A stretch of DNA of 64,000 nucleotides from Myxococcota bacterium. Its GTDB lineage: Bacteria; Myxococcota_A; SURF-8. The position numbers were made by a program, and so were the translations under genes. The stretch covers positions 5,824,001 through 5,888,000 of the forward strand of contig OZ223209.1 of assembly GCA_965140415.1 (NCBI GenBank), read 5' to 3'. Under the pieces are notes generated by a model. That model was not told where the DNA came from. It searched no databases and saw only the letters and a program-made list of their open reading frames with translations. Position 1 is the first letter of the stretch, and every line of letters begins with the position of its first letter. This document shows positions 1-9,246 of this stretch, in pieces.

Positions 1-11
1 AGAAACCTTTA

Positions 12-1037
12 TTATTTAGCTCCGCAGTAGCATGGAGCGGAACCGCAGAAAAGATCGCAATCTTCATCGACAGCACAGTCTTCATACAGTTCATAATCGT
101 CGCTATCGTAGCAGGTTCCCTGCATTTCGCAGGTGGATGAGCAGAGGTCGTCGTCACTCTGGTTGCCATCGTCGCATTCTTCGACATCTTCGTACTTCGT
201 GCCGTCTCCGCAAACAATGCAGATATCCATAACAGGCAGCGTACACTGGGAATCGTCGGTACAATCCGTTGCGCGGCCTTGAAGAGGTTTGTTCGTATAG
301 CACATTTCGTTGATTGTTTCGCCGCACCAATTGGACCCGATCCCTGCACAAATGGCCAGGGGTGGGCAATCCCATTCGCTTTCGCATTTATGGAACGTTT
401 CCCCATCGCAGGTCGCCGTGGCGGTCGTATCGCTGTAGCTGTTGTAGCCGCAGAGGTATCCAGTTGCATCATCGCGCGAAATGCAGAAACCCTGCACTTC
501 AACGGTGGTGTTCTGACAATCGTCGTTCGTATAGCAGACATTCCCTGTTGCCGCACATTGACCCGCCACCAACTCGATTTCCTGTTCCAATTCAGCTTCC
601 ATTTCCATATCGCCATCCGTCACATCGCCGTCAGTGCTGTCGCCATCGGGATTCGTGTCGCCGTCGGGATTCGTGTCACCGTCGGGATTGGTGTCGCCGT
701 CGGGATTCGTGTCACCATCGGGATTGGTGTCACCGTCGGGGTTGGTGTCACCGTCGGGGTTGGTGTCACCGTCGGGATTCGTGTCACCGTCGGGATTCGT
801 ATCACCGTCGGGATTGGTGTCACCATCAGACGAGGTGCAACCCGTGCAATCTCCCCAGCCAGTGCCATCGGCATTACAGGTTTGAACACCCTCTACGTCT
901 GTTCCCGCACAGGGGCATTTTTGAACGACACCCGGATCGCAGACTTTTTCCGGGTCGGAAGAATCGCTGCAACCGGCAATCGAAGCAAACGCGAAAGTAG
1001 CTAGCAACAGGGTCAACAGGCAATGTGTAAGTTTCAT
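12..1037 (-). CDS. Cys-rich lipoprotein with (DGDTNP)10 linker and C-terminal Myxococcus-type Cys-rich repeat
   Basis: Signal peptide with lipobox IAG-C; acidic tandem repeat; C-terminal CGDG...EECDDGN...CSSTC motif. Confidence 0.8.
   Translation of the reverse strand: MKLTHCLLTLLLATFAFASIAGCSDSSDPEKVCDPGVVQKCPCAGTDVEGVQTCNADGTGWGDCTGCTSSDGDTNPDGDTNPDGDTNPDGDTNPDGDTNPDGDTNPDGDTNPDGDTNPDGDTNPDGDTNPDGDSTDGDVTDGDMEMEAELEQEIELVAGQCAATGNVCYTNDDCQNTTVEVQGFCISRDDATGYLCGYNSYSDTTATATCDGETFHKCESEWDCPPLAICAGIGSNWCGETINEMCYTNKPLQGRATDCTDDSQCTLPVMDICIVCGDGTKYEDVEECDDGNQSDDDLCSSTCEMQGTCYDSDDYELYEDCAVDEDCDLFCGSAPCYCGAK
648..827 (-). repeat. 10 x 18-bp coding tandem repeat (DGDTNP)
   Basis: Ten contiguous units GA(C/T)GG(C/T)GA(C/T)AC(C/G)AA(C/T)CCC that differ only at synonymous positions. 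Confidence 0.95.
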
Positions 1038-1297
1038 AATCGTGTCCTACCGTTTTTTGTTAAATGTCGAACTGACTGATATCACACTTGTATTCGGATG
1101 TCAAGCATCCTCAGACGAAACACCTTCGCCCCTCCATCCTCGTACAGATGTTCTTGTTTGACCGCATGAAGGAGGATTCATTCAATCAAAATTCGAAATA
1201 AGTGCAAAGGAGCAATGCACAACTCGATTACAGCATTGCAATCGGCCATAAAGAGCTTATGATAGAAGTAGGGACAATAACGCGACGGGAGACAATT

Positions 1298-1492
1298 ATG
1301 TGTGAATCTGCGGCCTATCTGAAAAAAGACGAGAAAGAAGAACTGTTGATGCAGTCGGTAGCCGTGGTACTTCCGACCGGAAAAGACAGCTTCGTTTTGC
1401 GCGGACTACTGGGAGACAGCGTCGAAGTGAAGGGACGCGTCAACGAAATCAACCTGATGTCGAACAAGATTATTTTTGTGCCGACAGACTGA
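1298..1492 (+). CDS. cooT: CooT-family nickel-binding CODH accessory protein
   Basis: 64 aa starting MCESAAYL (Cys2 typical of CooT); GGGAGA RBS before ATG 1298; next to cooC. Confidence 0.75.
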   Translation: MCESAAYLKKDEKEELLMQSVAVVLPTGKDSFVLRGLLGDSVEVKGRVNEINLMSNKIIFVPTD

Positions 1493-2252
1493 GAACTTTC
1501 TCGGCGATATCCCGTAAGGAATCCGGCACATCGTCGAGGTTTTCGAAGGGCCGTACGCCCTTGCGGTCGGCCTCGATAAACTCTTCCAGTTCCGGTACGA
1601 AACCCAGAAAATCAAATTCAGGCAGGGTCTCTTTGAGCAGATCGATGTCTTCCTGTCCGCGCACGCGATTTCCCAAAACCAGGAATTGCTTGATGCCGAT
1701 CTCCTGACCGAGCTGGCGGATGCGATGCGCCGCCATACGGCTGCGCGCGCCGGGATTGACCACAACCAGCAGGGCATCCACCGCGTGCGTGGTTGCTCGT
1801 CCCAAATGCTCGACACCCGCTTCCATATCCATCAGCGCGATCTCGTCGCGATACAGCACCACGTTGGTCATCAGCGCCTTCAACATCGCACTTTCAGGGC
1901 ACACACAACCCATGCCGCCACCATGAACCGTTCCCATGACCAACAGCTTAACGCCATCGCGTTCCTTGCTGAAGCGGTCGGGGATATCGTCTACCTTGGG
2001 ATTGAGTGTAAAGAATCCACCCATCGTTCCCTTTTGCGCACCCGTGCGTTCGGCGATCAGATCCGACAGTTCGGCAATCGGCGTGATCGGATCCTCCTCC
2101 GGAATACCCAGCCCCGCCGCCAGATTCGTGACTGGGTCCGCATCGATGGCGATGACCCGCTGTCCACCTTGGGCCAATAGACGCGCCAGAATCGCGGTCA
2201 TGGTCGTTTTGCCAACCCCACCTTTTCCGCCAATGGCCAGTTTCAAACTCAC
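1470..2252 (-). CDS. cooC: CooC/AcsF Ni-insertion ATPase
   Basis: GKGGVGKTT P-loop, GCVCP CxC motif, DMEAGVEHLGR; GTG start at 2252 with GGAGGA RBS. Confidence 0.92.
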   Translation of the reverse strand: MSLKLAIGGKGGVGKTTMTAILARLLAQGGQRVIAIDADPVTNLAAGLGIPEEDPITPIAELSDLIAERTGAQKGTMGGFFTLNPKVDDIPDRFSKERDGVKLLVMGTVHGGGMGCVCPESAMLKALMTNVVLYRDEIALMDMEAGVEHLGRATTHAVDALLVVVNPGARSRMAAHRIRQLGQEIGIKQFLVLGNRVRGQEDIDLLKETLPEFDFLGFVPELEEFIEADRKGVRPFENLDDVPDSLRDIAEKVLSLSAQK

Positions 2253-2407
2253 GGTATCATCCTCCAGAGTAAATTCAGTAAAAGATCGTAAGGCGAATCC
2301 CGCTCGCATCCGACCGTTCCAGTGGATTAGAGCGGATGACTTCCGATTTTGTTCCCGGATTGATCCGACGAAGCCTCCCATGCCGCATTGCAAGCTGCAT
2401 AGATGAG

Positions 2408-2460
2408 AAAAAGGCGGCGGCGGTCGAACGCAAGAATATCACGTCCGTCACGCCGCCGCC
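2408..2460 (-). terminator. Intrinsic terminator downstream of acsE
   Basis: On the minus strand, stem GGCGGCGGCG...CGCCGCCGCC followed by TTTTTCT. Confidence 0.6.
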
Positions 2461-2523
2461 AATCGAAACAGAAAGGAAAACCACAGTTCGCGACGTATCG
2501 CGAAGTAGCTGGAATTCCTAAGC

Positions 2524-3411
2524 TTACAGCTCCAGCCAGGAATCTGAATAAAGCTGCTGGTTCGTCAGGATCTTCACGGTCTTGACGTAATCCTGCTGCT
2601 TCTTGTCCAGAGATCCCATATCGATGGATTCGCCGTTGTACGCCTTCATGACCAGCGCTTCCAGTTCGGGACGCTGCCCCTTGGCAATAGCGATAATCTC
2701 CTTGTCCAGACCATCCATGATCGCCGAAGTCATGCCGAGGTTTTTCAAGATGATAAGGTAGGTCTGGTTGATGATGTCGCGCAAATGCTCGGGCGAACCA
2801 TTGGACACATTGGACAAACCGCAGGTGCTGTTGCAACCGGGAGCGATCTCACCGATCATGGCGGTGAATTCGGTGCAACTGACAACCTGTTCCTGCTGGG
2901 AGGAAACCGGCACCACGACCGGGTCGAAGAACATGTCTTCAACGGCCAAACCGGCTTCCATGCCGTGATACAACAGTTCGGCGGCCAGTGCGCCACGCTC
3001 GTTGCTGTCACGCGGGATACCGTCGGTCGCATACATCAAAGCCACGAAACGGGCTTTGTATTCCGCTGCCAGCGGAAGCATCTTTTCCATGCGTTCCGGA
3101 ATGGCGGAAATCGAGTTGATCAGCGCCGGACCCGGTGTGGGATCGTAGGCTTTCAACGCAGCTTCCATCGCTTCCATGTTCATGGTGTCCAGACTCAAAG
3201 GAATGCTGACGGCGCTCTGCACCGTTTTGACAATCCATTCCATCAGTTCCGGGCCGCCCTTGCGTGCGAAACCGACGTTCAAGTCCAGAATGTCCGCGCC
3301 ATTGGCTTCCAGCGCTTTGGCCATCTTGATGATAGGCTCGGCGTTGCGTTCCTTCATCGCCGGTCCGAGTGATTTGGACATCACATTAATATTCTCGGCT
3401 ATGACGATCAT
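2524..3411 (-). CDS. acsE: Methyl-THF:corrinoid iron-sulfur protein methyltransferase
   Basis: Pterin-binding barrel motifs AENIN, LDLN, SLDT, INSI, GLSNVSNG; last gene of the acs cluster. Confidence 0.9.
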   Translation of the reverse strand: MIVIAENINVMSKSLGPAMKERNAEPIIKMAKALEANGADILDLNVGFARKGGPELMEWIVKTVQSAVSIPLSLDTMNMEAMEAALKAYDPTPGPALINSISAIPERMEKMLPLAAEYKARFVALMYATDGIPRDSNERGALAAELLYHGMEAGLAVEDMFFDPVVVPVSSQQEQVVSCTEFTAMIGEIAPGCNSTCGLSNVSNGSPEHLRDIINQTYLIILKNLGMTSAIMDGLDKEIIAIAKGQRPELEALVMKAYNGESIDMGSLDKKQQDYVKTVKILTNQQLYSDSWLEL

Positions 3412-3464
3412 ATACCCTCCTCCTGAAAATGGGTCGATGCCGACATCCTCGGCAATTCATCAAA

Positions 3465-4820
3465 TCAACTCGCTTTTGCGAAATTCTGCTTCAAGAACGC
3501 CGGAATGTGCGCACTTTCACGCGGTCCGATCATCACATTCCAGTCCGAGCCGACTTCCTCTTCCACATCGCCACTGATAATGGCGGCGTAACCGGGTAAA
3601 ACCAGAGTCTTGGATTTGACCTTGTCGGCGATGCCGCACTTCTTCACCAGCGCACCGACGGTATCGCCAACGAACTTGCCGGCTGCCCAGGCGGTGAGAA
3701 CGGAGAGACCGTCGGTATCAAGTACCAACAACCAGGTCGGCACACGGCTCGCCTCGATCTCGCCGGAAACCACGAAGTAGGTCAGCGAGAAGTTCGCCGT
3801 CACCAGCACCGGAGAATCGGCGCCGGGACCGTTGATCTCGTAGATGCCTTCGTCGGTCTTCATGGGTCGTTGCGGATCGGTGTAGATATTCAACCGCTGC
3901 AACAACAACGGGAACAGGCTCTCGCCCTGAATGTCGGAAAGTACGATCAATCCTGCATACTTGGAGACGAGGATTCCCGCATAGGCCGTTTCCAGCATCG
4001 GGTCGTCGGTCATCTCGCAGGGGAAGGTGATCGTTGGGAAACCCAGCGGACGGAAAGTCTCGTTGATCGCCAGACGCCGAATGGCGATGTGGTCGAACAA
4101 CTGCTTTTTCAGCGAGCGGCTACCCGGATCGAGCACCAGATCTTTCAGACCAAGGTCGATCAGTTTCTGTGACAGATCGCTGACCTCTTCCAGGCTTTCA
4201 CCACGCACCGCCAGCGGACAGGCGTTGTCTTTGGCCAGATCGGCCATCTCTTCGTAATTGTCCGCATCCGCCGCATACAACAACGGCTTGCGATCCTTAA
4301 CGGACTCGATGACCTCTCCGAGCACGTCTTCGTCGGCCATCAGGATCATTCCCATCTGGGTGCTGTCCGCAACCAGTTTCACCAGCGCGCCGTATTTTTT
4401 GGCGTCGTCGGTGTTGCATTTGAGCGCTACGGCGTTGGCTTTGAGCATCAAGCCGACACGCTCGTATTTAAGCGTATTCAACCGTTCGATTTTGGCTTTT
4501 ACCTGCTTGACGTCTTCATCGTCGGCAACCAGAACGCAAAATCCGGGTTGATTGAAGAAGGTTTTTTCGTGGCGGTACAGTACCGTTTCACCGCCCACTG
4601 CGAATTTTTCCTCGCCCTCACCGACTTCAACCGTCCTAATGGGCGGTGCCGATTCGGCGTCCAAGGTGGCTTTCGCTTCATCTGAAACGTGCGGACAGGC
4701 GGAAAGTTCCGCCTTGCCCGCCGCCAGATTCATCGCGAAGGCCAGACACGTGGGAACTCCGCAGTCCCCACAGTTGGTTTTGGGTAGGAGCTTAAAAATC
4801 TGGATTCCAGAAAGTCCCAT
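3465..4820 (-). CDS. acsC: Corrinoid iron-sulfur protein large subunit
   Basis: LPKTNCGDCGVPTCLAFA...CP 4Fe-4S domain; GGETVLYRHEK; YTDPQRP; SVLTAWAAGKF. Confidence 0.96.
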   Translation of the reverse strand: MGLSGIQIFKLLPKTNCGDCGVPTCLAFAMNLAAGKAELSACPHVSDEAKATLDAESAPPIRTVEVGEGEEKFAVGGETVLYRHEKTFFNQPGFCVLVADDEDVKQVKAKIERLNTLKYERVGLMLKANAVALKCNTDDAKKYGALVKLVADSTQMGMILMADEDVLGEVIESVKDRKPLLYAADADNYEEMADLAKDNACPLAVRGESLEEVSDLSQKLIDLGLKDLVLDPGSRSLKKQLFDHIAIRRLAINETFRPLGFPTITFPCEMTDDPMLETAYAGILVSKYAGLIVLSDIQGESLFPLLLQRLNIYTDPQRPMKTDEGIYEINGPGADSPVLVTANFSLTYFVVSGEIEASRVPTWLLVLDTDGLSVLTAWAAGKFVGDTVGALVKKCGIADKVKSKTLVLPGYAAIISGDVEEEVGSDWNVMIGPRESAHIPAFLKQNFAKAS

Positions 4821-4845
4821 ATATTCCTCCGCTCTATAGTCCGGA

Positions 4846-7050
4846 TTACATCATCGGGTCCATCGACAATGCCGGATGACCAACTTTTTCCATGTGGGCA
4901 TACACTTCTTCTTCGGTCGTTCCGACGGTTTCGTCGGCGATCTTGTCGAGAAGTCCATTGATACCCAACTCACCAGACACCTTAGCAAACCGCTCTGCAA
5001 TTTCCTCTTTGAGCCGTTTGGGCATCCACGCGATGCGCTGGATACCGCCTTCGGCGCTGATGAATTTCTTGCTGGTAATGTAGAGCTTACTGTGACCGAC
5101 GAAGCCCGGCGTAATCGCACCGCCGCCGACCGAACCGGCCAGGGTGGTGAATTTCATGCCGGAAGGCGTCATGCCGCGATAGTCGCGGTCGACGATCATT
5201 ACACCGTTGCAGGTCGGCATGAATGCCGCAATGCATTCGAAGCAACCACAGCTGGTCATGGGCTGATCCATGATGCTGTAGGCGTTGTACTGACCCACGT
5301 TTCCTCGGCTGGCTTTCTGCACGAACTCATTGACACCCGACCATTGGCCCTTCTGTTCGTCGATGGTGTCGCCTTTTTCGATCGGTTGGTTGGGACCGGT
5401 CGGATTGATTTCGTTACTGGCCTTGCAGTCGAGCCAGCTATACGCACCGCACAGACCGGCGCGTTCCGGGGTCACCACGCAAACATGTGTGGGAGCGAAG
5501 GACTGGCACAGGGTGCAGGAGTAGAAGGTGTCGATGGCTTCATCGGTCATACCTTCCACGCGCTCGTCGCGAATCTTGTAAGCGGCGCGGGCCTTGGCCA
5601 CCATTTCGGTCACCTTGGCTTCATCGGTGAAGATGGTAACCTGCACCTTGTCCAGAATGTTGCCGAAGTCCTGGTGGAACTTGGCGTGCAGAATACGTCC
5701 GATATCCGCCAGCGCAAAGCCCTTCTCGATCGCACCCTTGGCGATACGTACCCAGGCGATATCGCGTTGGCCGATGTGCATCGCACCCTGCGCGAAGTTG
5801 ATGAGATGGTGAATCTGACGTTCGAGAATCGGTTCGAAGTCTTCCTGCATGGCGCGACCGGCGACTTCGACGTAAATCGCCAGTGGCGTTTTGCTGCCCT
5901 CTCCCAGTTCCTTCAGATCGGGACCGACGACTTCGACGTTGCCGTCCTGGACTTCGTCCATCTCGCGCATCTGAACCAGCTCGACCGCTTGTGTGCGACC
6001 GCCACCGGCTTCGTAGTAGATGTCCTCGCCGCGTACGCGCTCGCCTTCGAAGGCGGGACCGTAAGAGACCGGGACCGGAACTTTGGTGATGTTGACTTTT
6101 AAGCCGCGAACTTCAATCGCCTTGCCAACAATATCCTCATAAGGAATGTTGCTGACGACGTGCTCGTAAGTGCAAACGCCGGTGGGCAGAATCTCGGGAA
6201 TCGGGGTATCCGCGATAACCGGGAAACCGTAGTTGACGATGCCCAGACCGTTGGCATACCACTCGTCGGTCACGGTACCCATTGTCAACGCAAAAGCGAA
6301 CACGCGGTCTTTGTTGTAAATCAGGATACGGCGGAAGTCGCCAGGCTCGATACCACCGAAACTCATAGCGGCGCGTGTGGCGAAACCGACGGCGAAAACG
6401 GCGGCGCTGGTATCGGGACCGAAGGAAACCAGGCGGGTTCCCCAGCCGACCTGCACACCCGCTTCGACCAGCTGATCGCTGAAGGTTTTGCCTTCATGCG
6501 AACCAGCCATAAAGACATACAGGTTTTTCTCTTGCAATTCCAACGCGATCTTGGCCGCGATCTCCGAGTTGGGAGCCGCACCCAGAATGGCCGCAAAGCC
6601 AGGAGCGGTACCATCGACGAACTCGACACCACGCTTACGGAGGATGATGTCGTTGGCCGCGCCCAACCAGATGTTGTCGGCGGTGACGTCTTCGTCCGTA
6701 AGGTAGAAGTTCGGTTCGTTCAAGTAGCGAACACCCTCGCTCAGTTCCTCGGCGAAGAGGGTCGCCATACCGGCGTCCAGGGCCGGGCCGAGATAGGGCA
6801 GATGATATTTTTCATGAACCATGGGCGGAAGCAGCGACTTGCAGCGGTCCAGGACCGGCTTCATGTCTTCCAGCTTCTCCACCTTATGGCCAAGAATTCC
6901 GTAAATGATCGGTAGATAATAACCGGTGTTGGTAAAATTCACCTCGGCGTTGCCGCCGTGGGTGTCCATGGCCTCTTTCCATTGTTGTTCGGCCCTGGCG
7001 ACGATTTTATGCGCACCGCGAATACCGGCGGAAGCGATAATTTTTGACAT
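4846..7050 (-). CDS. acsB: Acetyl-CoA synthase
   Basis: A-cluster ligands CTLCQSFAPTHVC...GLCG and TSCGCFE; 734 aa with the bacterial-type N-terminal domain. Confidence 0.97.
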   Translation of the reverse strand: MSKIIASAGIRGAHKIVARAEQQWKEAMDTHGGNAEVNFTNTGYYLPIIYGILGHKVEKLEDMKPVLDRCKSLLPPMVHEKYHLPYLGPALDAGMATLFAEELSEGVRYLNEPNFYLTDEDVTADNIWLGAANDIILRKRGVEFVDGTAPGFAAILGAAPNSEIAAKIALELQEKNLYVFMAGSHEGKTFSDQLVEAGVQVGWGTRLVSFGPDTSAAVFAVGFATRAAMSFGGIEPGDFRRILIYNKDRVFAFALTMGTVTDEWYANGLGIVNYGFPVIADTPIPEILPTGVCTYEHVVSNIPYEDIVGKAIEVRGLKVNITKVPVPVSYGPAFEGERVRGEDIYYEAGGGRTQAVELVQMREMDEVQDGNVEVVGPDLKELGEGSKTPLAIYVEVAGRAMQEDFEPILERQIHHLINFAQGAMHIGQRDIAWVRIAKGAIEKGFALADIGRILHAKFHQDFGNILDKVQVTIFTDEAKVTEMVAKARAAYKIRDERVEGMTDEAIDTFYSCTLCQSFAPTHVCVVTPERAGLCGAYSWLDCKASNEINPTGPNQPIEKGDTIDEQKGQWSGVNEFVQKASRGNVGQYNAYSIMDQPMTSCGCFECIAAFMPTCNGVMIVDRDYRGMTPSGMKFTTLAGSVGGGAITPGFVGHSKLYITSKKFISAEGGIQRIAWMPKRLKEEIAERFAKVSGELGINGLLDKIADETVGTTEEEVYAHMEKVGHPALSMDPMM

Positions 7051-7068
7051 GTGTTGTTCTCCTTTCCC

Positions 7069-9246
7069 TTAATCCAAGGCCTGGCGGTCGGCCATATCGG
7101 CCAGCTTGCGTTCGCGCTTCTTGTCGATGCCGAGCGCTTTACGCTTCTTGTCGATATGGGCGATCATCTTGTGAGCCGCCGAGATGGGGTCTTCGTCGTA
7201 GTCCCACATTCCACCAGTGATACTCTCGTACTTGTTGAAGAGCAGATCGGTGAACTCGGGAGAACCCAACGTCGGGAAGGTGGTGGAGAACATGGTATAG
7301 ACACCACTGGCCACGAAGTAATGGCCGATGGAGATGGCTTTTTCGCTCATCCACTCGGGGGCCGCACCGGCTGCGGGAAGATCGCTGATGTCGTCGCCCA
7401 GTCCACCTTCTTTGACGACTGTGGAAGCCGCGATCAGAATGCGGGAGTTGTCCACGCAAGAACCCATGTGCAGGACCGGCGGAATACCGACCGTCTCGCA
7501 GACTTCGGCCAGACCCGGACCGGCGTGCTGTGCCGCCGCTTCGGGAACCAGCAGACCTTCTTTGGCCAGCGCCACCGCGCCGCAACCGGTCATCAGGACG
7601 ATAACATCGTTCTTGACCAGTTCCTTGACCATTTGAATGTGCCAGCTATCGTGCGGCGTCTTCGGATTGGTGCAACCGACCACACCGGCGATACCGCGAA
7701 TCTTTCCGTTGATGATGTTGTCGTTCAACGGACGGTAGGAGGCGCGGAAGAGGCCACCCAGCAGGTAGTTGATGGTTTCATGCGAGAAACCGGCCACCAG
7801 CTTGTGGGTTTCTTCCGGAATATGCACCACCTCAGGGCGATTCTCGAAATTATCGATGGCTTGCTTGACCACTTCGCGCGCCGTGTTGATGGCATCGTGC
7901 TCGTGGAATTCGATATGCTCCGCTCCCGGCATCTTGGCGCGCGGGCTGGTGGTAATGATCTTGGTATGGTAGTGCCCGGCCACCGAAGGCAGCGCACACA
8001 TAATGCACTGAACATCGACGACCATTGCTTCGACTGCGCCGGTCACGATGGCCAGTTCCTGTTGCAGGAAGTCACCCGCAACGTTTACACCATGGCGCAT
8101 CAGAATTTCATTGGCCGTGCAGCAAATGCCGCCCAGGTTAATGCCCTTGGCGCCCTTGCTCTCCGCATATTTCAGCAGTTCCGGATCTTGCGACGCCGCA
8201 ACGATCTGCTCTGAAAGCAGTGGCTCATGACCATGGATGATAATGTTGACCTGGTCTTTCTTCAGAATTCCCAGATTGGCTTCGCCCATAATCGGGACCG
8301 GTGTGCCGAACATAATGTCCTGCAACTCCGTACCGATCATCGAGCCACCCCAACCGTCACCGATGGCGGCTCGGGAACCCTGGATCATCAGGTTTTCCAT
8401 TTCCTGATCCACACCCATGTGGGTACGGTGCATAATTTCCACGATTTCGCGATCGATACCGCGTGGTGCCATACCCAGATCGCGCCACAATTGCTGGCGC
8501 TTCAAGGGAGCTTTGCGCAGGAATTTGAGTTCACCCTCTTGTTGTCCGAATTCGGCAAGAGCCGTTTCACCAACTTCAATCGCAATCTCTTCTTTGGAGC
8601 GTCCTTCGATTTCGATATCGAAATCCAACGCGACCTGGAGAAGTTTCTGCTCATCTTTGATCTCATAACCGGGGGCTTCACCCTTGGCAGCCAGGATAAG
8701 GGTTTCTGCTACGGCACGACCATGGTCCGAGTGTGCTGCTGCACCGCCCGCAATCATGCGCACGAAGTTACGTGCAGCGATGGTACTTGCGGTGGCGCCG
8801 CAAACACCCACGCTCTCCGGCTCACCCGGCTTGGTCTTCTTGATGCGGCAGGGGCCCATGACGCAGATCTTGCAGCAGGTGCCGTCGATACCCCAGTTGC
8901 ATTGCGGCTGTTGTGCGGCCAGACGATCCCAGACAAGCTGTACGCCGTCATCTTCGGCCACCTGAATGGTCTTCAATGCGGTGGGGTCCACACTCTTGGG
9001 TTGGTCGCCAACCTTTTTAGCCTTGGCTCTGGTCGGCGTATCGAACTGCTTGGCGGCAACAGGAGCGGCAGCAGCAGCCTTGGGAGCAGGTTTTGCGGCG
9101 ACAGCCGGAGCGGCTCCACCCACCTGCGCACGCAACTGCGCTAGCGTTTGTTGCTGTTCGCTAATCAATTTTTTCAGCTCGGCAAGTTCCGATCCCTTAC
9201 CTGCCGATTTTCCTTTATCTGAACCGACGATAATTTCGACTTTCAT
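7069..9246 (-). CDS. cooS: Ni-Fe CO dehydrogenase catalytic subunit (AcsA) with ~80-aa N-terminal extension
   Basis: PQC..G.CCKICVMGPC, AAAHSDH, HGHEP, GICCT, VDVQC, GVVGC, TGC, HMGSCVD, SEKA. Confidence 0.97.
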   Translation of the reverse strand: MKVEIIVGSDKGKSAGKGSELAELKKLISEQQQTLAQLRAQVGGAAPAVAAKPAPKAAAAAPVAAKQFDTPTRAKAKKVGDQPKSVDPTALKTIQVAEDDGVQLVWDRLAAQQPQCNWGIDGTCCKICVMGPCRIKKTKPGEPESVGVCGATASTIAARNFVRMIAGGAAAHSDHGRAVAETLILAAKGEAPGYEIKDEQKLLQVALDFDIEIEGRSKEEIAIEVGETALAEFGQQEGELKFLRKAPLKRQQLWRDLGMAPRGIDREIVEIMHRTHMGVDQEMENLMIQGSRAAIGDGWGGSMIGTELQDIMFGTPVPIMGEANLGILKKDQVNIIIHGHEPLLSEQIVAASQDPELLKYAESKGAKGINLGGICCTANEILMRHGVNVAGDFLQQELAIVTGAVEAMVVDVQCIMCALPSVAGHYHTKIITTSPRAKMPGAEHIEFHEHDAINTAREVVKQAIDNFENRPEVVHIPEETHKLVAGFSHETINYLLGGLFRASYRPLNDNIINGKIRGIAGVVGCTNPKTPHDSWHIQMVKELVKNDVIVLMTGCGAVALAKEGLLVPEAAAQHAGPGLAEVCETVGIPPVLHMGSCVDNSRILIAASTVVKEGGLGDDISDLPAAGAAPEWMSEKAISIGHYFVASGVYTMFSTTFPTLGSPEFTDLLFNKYESITGGMWDYDEDPISAAHKMIAHIDKKRKALGIDKKRERKLADMADRQALD

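Noticed and set aside
648-827. Regular short repeats as a CRISPR array
   Set aside because: Contiguous 18-bp units with no spacers, in frame, with only synonymous variation; no cas genes.
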